Assembly: GCA_026395155.1 (NCBI GenBank)
Contig: JAPLZG010000083.1
Location: 1 to 21,226, forward strand
Direction of reading: 5' to 3'
DNA length: 21,226 nucleotides
Source of the DNA: Candidatus Tayloriibacteriota bacterium
GTDB taxonomy: Bacteria; Patescibacteriota; Minisyncoccia; Phycocordibacterales; GWA1-40-21
The position numbers were made by a program, and so were the translations under genes. This document shows, piece by piece, positions 14,213 to 20,698 of this stretch; position 1 is the stretch's first letter, and each line of letters opens with the position of its first letter. The notes under the pieces were generated by a model, which had not been told where the DNA came from, searched no databases, and saw only the letters and a list, made by a program, of their open reading frames with translations.

Positions 14213-14234
14213 AATGTTCTTTGAAAGGTATTTT

Positions 14235-14456
14235 ATGGAAAGTTATCATTTCCGAAAAATGGTTTCAACCCTTCATAAAAAAAATGGTAAGAAAGGCACA
14301 TGCCCAATGTGCACACTTCGACAAGCATTGCTTTCTGGAGAAGTCACCGAGTTTGACCTCCTAAACCTTCGTGGATTCGGAAATCAAAGCCTAAATCAAG
14401 TCTACGGTTTCATGGGTTTAGAACGTAAAGTGACCTTGACGAAAATGGTTTCGTGA
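14235..14456 (+). CDS. Small protein with a helix-hairpin-helix-like motif, 73 aa
   Basis: ATG preceded by AAAGG. LLNLRGFGNQSLNQVYGFMGL resembles the RpoA-CTD-type HhH (L-x-GFG-x-x-SL-x-x-I/V). The ORF-track N-terminus runs through HHR5 and is rejected. Confidence 0.6.
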   Translation: MESYHFRKMVSTLHKKNGKKGTCPMCTLRQALLSGEVTEFDLLNLRGFGNQSLNQVYGFMGLERKVTLTKMVS

Positions 14457-14737
14457 ACTTGGCCAAAACAGAGTTCTCTTGCAAGTAGTAATCAACTTGA
14501 CCGCCCTTGTCGTGGGTTAAAAAATTACGAATATTTTAGGAGTGTTAGAAAACAACCCCTCGTAAGGTGTCGAGACAAAAAAACACCCCTATTTCTGCCT
14601 GGCCAAGAAATAGTGACCCGAGATAAAGGGAAGCGGCCCCTCTGAAAGGTATTCCTGAGTAAAGACGCCTTAGAAATAAGGTTTGAGGAACAAAATCCTC
14701 ATATTAAGGTCTTGGAATACTGAGTAAGTTGATTCTT

Positions 14738-14765
14738 ACACCTCCAGAAATGGGGGTGTTTTTTT
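14738..14765 (+). terminator. Intrinsic terminator closing the hammerhead island
   Basis: acacctcc-agaaat-gggggtgt forms 8 bp with one G-U pair, followed by TTTTTT. Confidence 0.85.
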
Positions 14766-14869
14766 GTTTGACTTTAAAAAAATAATTGATAATGTTTAAT
14801 TAGATCTTGAGGAATAATTCCGAATGTACTGGATTCTCGTAACGACAAAACCAAGAAAGTGAGTTAAAG

Positions 14870-15220
14870 ATGAAGAGAATGCTTTTACTTTTTGGTATTT
14901 TCTTTCAGGTGTATTTGTCCTTTGTATATTTTGAAATCGTCGTCATAGATGGTCATAGTATGGATCCAACCATACATAATGGGCAGATTTGTATTATGTT
15001 TAAAAAACCAAATCCGGCACCAGGGGACATAGTTGAAGCCATCGATAACGAGGATACGGTAGTGTGTAAAAGATTAATCCAATATATCGATGGTGAAATG
15101 TTCTTAATTGGTGATAACAGGGATAACAGTCTCGACAGTCGAGTTTTAGGAACTGTTCCAATGTCTAGATACAAAGGGAAAATTGTAGCTATTTTGCCAT
15201 TTACTAAATCAACAATGTGA
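14870..15220 (+). CDS. lepB: Signal peptidase I (S26 family), unusually short at 116 aa
   Basis: N-terminal TM helix, GHSMDPT (catalytic Ser box), VCKRL (Lys box) and GDNRDNSLDSR (box E). Confidence 0.8.
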   Translation: MKRMLLLFGIFFQVYLSFVYFEIVVIDGHSMDPTIHNGQICIMFKKPNPAPGDIVEAIDNEDTVVCKRLIQYIDGEMFLIGDNRDNSLDSRVLGTVPMSRYKGKIVAILPFTKSTM

Positions 15221-15265
15221 GAAAATTGATTTCTTCAAGAATGATATTTTCCGCTTGAATAAGGC

Positions 15266-15294
15266 GGGTTGCGTAGTCGCAACCCACTTTTTTT
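15266..15294 (+). terminator. Intrinsic terminator of the signal peptidase gene
   Basis: gggttgcg-tagt-cgcaaccc, then ac plus TTTTTTT. Confidence 0.85.
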
Positions 15295-15472
15295 ATGTCT
15301 AGATTTTCAAATTACTTTTTCTTAACTTACTATTTAAGTACATACACCATGGTGTATGTAAAACTTTCTCTATAACGAAAGTTTATTAATTTAATTTTTT
15401 ACTTCAACTCCAAAAATACAGGGCACCCATATAGTAGAAAATCAGAATTTTTTATTATAGGTCAAGATGATC

Positions 15473-16306
15473 TTACTTTAGTTCCAATAATACTGGACAG
15501 TGGTCACTACCAAACATATCATCAAGTATTTCTGCTTTTTTTATTTTATCTTTTAGATTTGGGGAAACAAAAAAATAATCCAAACGCCAGCCAACATTTC
15601 TATCACGAGCAAAAGTTTTCATATCCCACCAAGAATATTTTATTGTTTCAGGATGAAGTGAGCGGAAAGTATCCGTATATCCAGCTCCGACAACTTTATC
15701 AAGCCAATCTCTTTCAATTCGCAAAAAACCAGTATGGTTTGAATTTTCTTTTGGTCGCGCAATATCTATTTCGTTATGTGCAGTATTTATATCACCACAA
15801 AAAATAATTTCTTTTGCCTGCCCTGAGCTTGTCGAAGGGCCGGACTTCCTCAACTTTTCAATAAATTTCAAAAAATGATCATAAAACTCTAATTTATATT
15901 TTAATCTCTCAGGATCCACACCTCCGTTAGGGAAGTACCCATTGATTACAACCAATTCTTCCTTGAGGTCGGTCCTCAAGGAATTAATACGGCTTAAATA
16001 AATGATTATTAAACGGCCTTCCTTATCCAATTCTGGAATTCCCAATCCATATTCTACATTCGATATTCGATATTCAATATTCGATTTCACATATATTGCA
16101 ACTCCACTGTATCCTTTTCGCATTTTTGAATGATCAAAATATGCATGATATCCAGCAGGGGAAACAACCTCTTGTGGAAGTTGCTCGGGATGGGCCTTTG
16201 TTTCTTGTAAACAAAAAATATCTGGATCAACTTCAAAAATAGAATTGAAAGCTCCTTTTTTATAAAAAGCGCGAAGTCCGTTTACGTTCCAAGAAAGTAA
16301 TTTCAT
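15473..16306 (-). CDS. xth: Exodeoxyribonuclease III / AP endonuclease
   Basis: 277 aa with MKLLSWNVNGLRA, CLQETK, GDINTAHNEIDI and SDHCPV. It carries two short G+C-rich palindromic inserts (see findings). Confidence 0.92.
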   Translation of the reverse strand: MKLLSWNVNGLRAFYKKGAFNSIFEVDPDIFCLQETKAHPEQLPQEVVSPAGYHAYFDHSKMRKGYSGVAIYVKSNIEYRISNVEYGLGIPELDKEGRLIIIYLSRINSLRTDLKEELVVINGYFPNGGVDPERLKYKLEFYDHFLKFIEKLRKSGPSTSSGQAKEIIFCGDINTAHNEIDIARPKENSNHTGFLRIERDWLDKVVGAGYTDTFRSLHPETIKYSWWDMKTFARDRNVGWRLDYFFVSPNLKDKIKKAEILDDMFGSDHCPVLLELK

Positions 16307-16386
16307 ATTTCAATAATAACATGAAATTAGTATGAGTATCAAAGAAAGTATGTGTATGGGTATTAGAAAGAGTATGAGTATGGGAA

Positions 16387-16794
16387 TTATAAAGGTTTGC
16401 AATCAAAAGCTGATTTGGCTAGTCCTGAGATAAGTCTTAAACATTTATAAATATTTTCCTTTGCTATTTTATAATCACTTTCAGAAACATAACCCAAATC
16501 AAGAGCAATTTTTAATTGATTATCTGTTTCATACAAAGAACCTTTAGCAATAGCGTAAAATTGTGTTTTATCTTTCTTAGTATTTCTACCAAAACCTTCA
16601 GCGATATTTGAAGTTACAGATACAACCGCTCTTTTAATTTGTGATGTAAGACCAAACTTTTCATCTTCTGGAAACTTCTTTGCTAATTTATATACAAAAA
16701 GTACCAATTTGTGACTTTCTTGCCAAGCAAACAAATCAGAAAAATCTTTTATTATTTTCTGTGTATTATACTCATACTTTATACCCATACTCAT
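16387..16794 (-). CDS. Four-helix-bundle protein (23S rRNA intervening-sequence protein family)
   Basis: 135 aa. FAWQESHKLVLFVYKLAKKFPEDEKFGLTSQIKRAVVSVTSNIAEGFGR is the family signature. Confidence 0.85.
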   Translation of the reverse strand: MSMGIKYEYNTQKIIKDFSDLFAWQESHKLVLFVYKLAKKFPEDEKFGLTSQIKRAVVSVTSNIAEGFGRNTKKDKTQFYAIAKGSLYETDNQLKIALDLGYVSESDYKIAKENIYKCLRLISGLAKSAFDCKPL

Positions 16795-16803
16795 ACGCTT
16801 TAA

Positions 16804-17139
16804 TTATTTCAAAAAAGTAAAAAGATTCCCAATAACTGGGAGTGGTTTTAGTTGTTTATTCAAAACATTCTTAATTCCAACAATAAGCAAAGCAATCATT
16901 GCAATATTCCAAAGTCCTTTGAAAAGGGAAAGGACGCCGAGCCACCAAGGAAGAAAATCTAATCCAAAATTTCCAACGACGGCCACAGCAAGCAAAATTA
17001 TTCCCTGATTGATATGAAAATTTAGAAATGATGAACGATTCTTCACTGCAAGTAGGGGAATAAGAAATAAAATATAAGCTAAAATACTCCAAAGCTTGTC
17101 GTGATCTATTTCGTGATTATTTGATGATTCTGGGTTCAT
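16804..17139 (-). CDS. Small integral membrane protein (DUF4870-like)
   Basis: 111 aa with three hydrophobic segments. The motif LWSILAYILFLIPLL...FHINQG is typical of that family. Confidence 0.65.
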   Translation of the reverse strand: MNPESSNNHEIDHDKLWSILAYILFLIPLLAVKNRSSFLNFHINQGIILLAVAVVGNFGLDFLPWWLGVLSLFKGLWNIAMIALLIVGIKNVLNKQLKPLPVIGNLFTFLK

Positions 17140-17222
17140 GATTTTTGATTTGAGTTAAATTAATAATAAAAACATTATAACATAAGATGGATTACCACGA
17201 GATTACTCTCGCAAAGACAAAT

Positions 17223-17254
17223 CAGAGGGGTTTGGCTCCCGCTAAACCCCTCTG
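17223..17254 (-). terminator. Hairpin downstream of the recombinase gene (terminator candidate)
   Basis: cagagggg-N16-cccctctg. The minus-strand downstream sequence atttgtcttt is moderately T-rich. Confidence 0.45.
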
Positions 17255-17259
17255 TTGTA

Positions 17260-17305
17260 TTATTCGTATCCATTCGTATCATTAGTACCATTAGTATATT
17301 GGTAT
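17260..17305. repeat. Dispersed ATACGAAT-type repeat, copy 3
   Basis: ttattcgtatccattcgtatcattagtaccattagtatattggtat abuts the stop codon of the Xer-type recombinase gene. Confidence 0.8.
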
Positions 17306-18279
17306 TATGGTTTATTATGAAACTTTTTGTGGATATCTCGAAGATGTTTATCTGTAATATGTGTATAAATCTGAGTTGTAGCTATATTTGCGTGACCAAG
17401 CATCATTTGAACAGAACGAATATCTGCTCCATTTGAAAGTAAGTCTGTGGCGAAGCAATGGCGGATGACATGGGGTGTCACTTTTTTTGTAATTCCTGCA
17501 ATTGTTGCATATTTTTTTACAATTCTTTCTATTGTACGATGATCAAGACCTTTTAAAATTTCTTTACTTAAGACTCCACCCTTTTTATTTTTATTAGAAG
17601 CTTTTTTCTCATTATAAACAGGAACAAAAAGAGCATCCGACATATCTTTCCTTAAAGCTAAATATTCTTTAATAGCTTTTTTGGCTTCATCAGAAAGAAA
17701 GACCACACGCACTTTATTACCTTTTCCACGGATGGAAAATTCATCCATATTTAAATCCAAATCATTTCCAAGCGAACAAAGTTCGGCTACACGCAAACCA
17801 GTAGAGAAAAGCAATTCCAAAATTGCCTTGTCACGAGCCTTTCTTTCAGGATTTTCTTCTTTATTTGGAGCATCCATAAGACGTTTTAATTCTGCGGGGG
17901 AAATCACATCAATTGAACGTTCACCAACTTTTGCAAGCTCTATATTATCGGCTGGAAGGGAAGTAACGCCACGACGAGTAAGAAATTTAAGAAAAGTTCG
18001 CAAAGCAATCAAATAATAATTTTGAGTTTTTTTACTCATCGTACCACCAGCTGAAACTGGCTCTCCAAATAAGTGATATGCTTTTGCACCAGGTCTACGG
18101 TTGAGCCAGATACGAAATTCGCGAACTTTTTCATTGGTAATATCCTTTGGATCAGTAATTTTAGATTGACTTAAAAAAACTGTTAAATAATGGTCGTAGT
18201 TTCCAATAGTTTTCACCGCTCGTCCTTTTTCTATCTCGATATATTCGAGAAATTGAGTTTTTAGTTCGTTGATGGTCAT
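17305..18279 (-). CDS. Tyrosine recombinase, XerC/XerD family
   Basis: 324 aa with an N-terminal SAM-like domain. The C-terminus has RHCFATDLLSNGADIRSVQMMLGHANIATTQIYTH, giving the R..H-x-x-R..Y catalytic pattern. Confidence 0.9.
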   Translation of the reverse strand: MTINELKTQFLEYIEIEKGRAVKTIGNYDHYLTVFLSQSKITDPKDITNEKVREFRIWLNRRPGAKAYHLFGEPVSAGGTMSKKTQNYYLIALRTFLKFLTRRGVTSLPADNIELAKVGERSIDVISPAELKRLMDAPNKEENPERKARDKAILELLFSTGLRVAELCSLGNDLDLNMDEFSIRGKGNKVRVVFLSDEAKKAIKEYLALRKDMSDALFVPVYNEKKASNKNKKGGVLSKEILKGLDHRTIERIVKKYATIAGITKKVTPHVIRHCFATDLLSNGADIRSVQMMLGHANIATTQIYTHITDKHLRDIHKKFHNKP

Positions 18280-18635
18280 AGATTTTAGATTCTAGATTTC
18301 AGATTTTAGAATAATTCATGAAACCTAAATTCCTTGGATAATAATAGCATAAATACATGTCGCACAATAATTGGGGATGAATATTGAATGTAGAATATTG
18401 AATTTTGTTTCACCAAAGATACAATGCGATATCAGCTTTTTCTGGATTCGTAGCCATTCGTTCACCCTATAAAGTTTGGACTGACGTCCCCCACCAGTGT
18501 ACTTGTGGGGGACAGTAAAATCTTTGATTTTACATCAGTCCAAAATTTATTGGGTAAATTATCAGTAGAGTGCAAAAATGGGTGGGGTTATTCAAGGATT
18601 TGCATATTTGTCTTAAGTATGCTAAATTATGTGGT

Positions 18636-18896
18636 ATGTTAACTAAAACAAAAAAGCAAAAAATAATTAAGGAAGTGGCAATACATGACACAGACACTGG
18701 TTCTCCAGAGGTTCAAGTTGCTATGCTTTCTAAGAAAATTGATGAATTAACTAAGCATTTGAAGAAAAATGCTAAAGATAATCACTCAAGAAGAGGTCTT
18801 CTCGGAATGGTTGCTGATAGAAGAAATCACCTTAAATACTTACAGAAGAATGCACCAAAGAGATACGACGCTATAATGAAGAAAATCGGTTTATAA
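18636..18896 (+). CDS. rpsO: 30S ribosomal protein S15
   Basis: 86 aa from the internal Met: MLTKTKKQKIIKE...DTGSPEVQVAMLSKKIDELTKHLKKNAKDNHSRRGLLGMVADRRNHLKYL. The upstream 22 codons of the ORF track are rejected. Confidence 0.9.
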   Translation: MLTKTKKQKIIKEVAIHDTDTGSPEVQVAMLSKKIDELTKHLKKNAKDNHSRRGLLGMVADRRNHLKYLQKNAPKRYDAIMKKIGL

Positions 18897-18997
18897 TTCA
18901 GACGCAGACTAAACGCTGACCCCAGTAGTAGAAATCAGAATTTCACTACGAGGTAAACTTTTCGCGGACTTCACGCAGAAAAAATACACAAAAAAAT

Positions 18998-19028
18998 AAA
19001 ATCTGCCTTCTGGCAGATTTTATTTTTT
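18998..19028 (+). terminator. Intrinsic terminator of rpsO
   Basis: aaaatctgcc-ttct-ggcagatttt followed by aTTTTTT. Confidence 0.85.
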
Positions 19029-19092
19029 AGAGAATATTGCACCACAAGAGTATTTCGATTTTCTAATTGCTTCGCTCAAGAAAATTAGGTCA

Positions 19093-19179
19093 AATATTGA
19101 ATGTAGAATATTGTGGAGGAATTTGCCGTAGGCAAATTCCTCCAGCTATTTCTTAATTTAATATTCTACATTCAATATT
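19093..19179. mobile_element. MITE-like 87-bp palindromic element with 20-bp terminal inverted repeats
   Basis: aatattgaatgtagaatatt (19093-19112) pairs with aatattctacattcaatatt (19160-19179). An inner 13-bp hairpin ggaggaatttgcc-gta-ggcaaattcctcc is enclosed. A solo arm copy lies at 18380-18400. Confidence 0.5.
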
Positions 19180-19376
19180 CAAAATGGTATAATAAATGCA
19201 GGTCGAAATAATAGCTACTAGCTTTTAGCTTATAGCTGTTAGTAAATTTAATAGTTTTAATAAATAGGAGTGTAACCCCAGTGAAATATCCGTCTACGAC
19301 GGAGAAAAACTTCAGAAAGTTTTTATTTCACGGGGTGATGATTTTTATAGTCATTATCATTCCTTAAAAATCAATC

Positions 19377-19904
19377 ATGTCTGTTATAAAACACAAAAGT
19401 CAAAGAGTTGGAATTTTTATAGATACACAAAACCTTTATCATTCAGCAAAAAATTTATATGGAGCAAAAGTAAATTTTGGACAAGTTGTCAAAGATGCTT
19501 TAGATGGAAGAGTTTTAATAAGAGCAACGGCTTATGTCATAACTACAGAATCTGGAGATGAAAAAAGTTTTTTTGAAGCTTTAACTAAAGTTGGAATAAC
19601 TACAAAGACAAAAAACTTACAAATTTTCCCTGGTGGTTCAAAAAAGGCCGATTGGGATGTTGGTATGGCAATAGATGCAATATCACTTGCCGGAAAAGTA
19701 GATGCTGTTGTCCTCATAACAGGGGATGGAGACTTTATTCCACTAGTTGAATACTTAAAAATAAATCATGGGTGCCAAGTAGAATGTGTTTCATTTGGAA
19801 AATCAACATCATCAAAGCTTATAGAAGCAGTCGATGGATTTATGGACTTGGATCAGAATCCGAGAAAGTATTTGCTTGGAACCCCCACAGGAAGAAGAAC
19901 ATAA
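19377..19904 (+). CDS. NYN-domain (LabA/DUF88-like) putative ribonuclease
   Basis: 175 aa with RVGIFIDTQNLYHSAK...VVLITGDGDFIPLVEYLK..G..VE, the acidic-residue pattern of NYN/PIN-like domains. Confidence 0.8.
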   Translation: MSVIKHKSQRVGIFIDTQNLYHSAKNLYGAKVNFGQVVKDALDGRVLIRATAYVITTESGDEKSFFEALTKVGITTKTKNLQIFPGGSKKADWDVGMAIDAISLAGKVDAVVLITGDGDFIPLVEYLKINHGCQVECVSFGKSTSSKLIEAVDGFMDLDQNPRKYLLGTPTGRRT

Positions 19905-19943
19905 TTGTTATAAATGTTGTAATTGTCATAAATGTAGGAGAAA

Positions 19944-20034
19944 GAGGGGATTTTCGCCTTTGTCTCGCCGAAGCATCTTGCAAAGGCGGAGAGCGAAAAT
20001 CCTCTCTTTTTGTCATTCCCGCGCAGGCGGGAAT
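19944..20034. repeat. Pair of G+C-rich REP-like palindromes
   Basis: gaggggattttcgc (19944-19957) pairs with gcgaaaatcctctc (19993-20006). The attcccgc-gcag-gcgggaat hairpin follows at 20015-20034. Overlapping ORFs in several frames are artefacts of this repeat. Confidence 0.7.
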
Positions 20035-20083
20035 CCAGTTCTTTATGTATTGACAATGTAATGACATTGTATATACTTAAAAT

Positions 20084-20275
20084 ATGAAAAAGAAAAGTAA
20101 TAGGATGACAGCGACCTTCCAATTTAGGATAAGTGTTGAAGATAAAAATAAGTTAAAGAAAATATGCGCAAAACAAGGATTGACTATCTCGGCAGCAGTT
20201 CGAATGTTTTTTAGCGAATGCATACGCTTAGGCAGGCTTCCTTTTACTTATACAGGGGAAGAAATTAAAAAATAA
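20084..20275 (+). CDS. RelB/DinJ-family antitoxin-like protein, with no adjacent toxin ORF
   Basis: 63 aa. FQFRISVEDKNKLKKICAKQGLTISAAVRMFFSECIRLGRLPF is the DinJ-type ribbon-helix-helix pattern. The start could instead be the Met at 20105. Confidence 0.7.
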   Translation: MKKKSNRMTATFQFRISVEDKNKLKKICAKQGLTISAAVRMFFSECIRLGRLPFTYTGEEIKK

Positions 20276-20439
20276 GAATGCACCACTTCAAAACCAACCA
20301 CCTCGTCATCAGAATGCCACTCATCATTACATAATCAGTACACCTTTCGCTTTCTGAATACAGAATACTCAAGGTTTTTCATTTGGGTCACCATACCCAA
20401 ATTTCAACCTTAAACAAGGCGGAGATTCAGAAAAGTCCG

Positions 20440-20543
20440 AAATCCCATTAGATCCCCACCTTAGTTAAGGCGGGGTGGTGAGTCTGCGAACCGGGGCGGT
20501 GTGTCTGAGGAGCACCCGAGTCCTCGAGGGGGAGGTGGTGTGA
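20440..20543. repeat. G+C-rich conserved element, copy B
   Basis: Aligns with 9738-9832, with substitutions compatible with maintained pairing (gagga..tcctc versus gagga..tcttc). Confidence 0.7.
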
Positions 20544-20698
20544 TTTGTAACTGAAATTCGCTATAATCAACTTTTAGATACACCATGGTGTATCTAAAAG
20601 TAAATATATAGCCATGTTCAAGCTATTGCATTTATTTTGAGGGGGGGGGTAAAATGGTATCAAGTCGGAAAAATTTTATAAATTAATCAAATAAAAAT

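Noticed and set aside
15559-15807. 82-aa plus-strand ORF antisense to xth, and 16871-17092 and 17681-18016 inside other genes
   Set aside because: These are shadow ORFs within well-supported genes.
18570-18635. The 22-codon N-terminal extension of rpsO in the ORF track
   Set aside because: S15 proteins are about 86-90 aa. The extension (MQKWVGLFKDLHICLKYAKLCG) overlaps a promoter-like TTGCAT-17-TAAATT sequence and has no homology-like character.
19772-20122. Four overlapping ORFs on both strands across 19772-20122
   Set aside because: They are translations of the G+C-rich palindromic repeats, giving strings such as IPACAGMT and VIPAQAGIQ. They mutually overlap, and no SD was seen.
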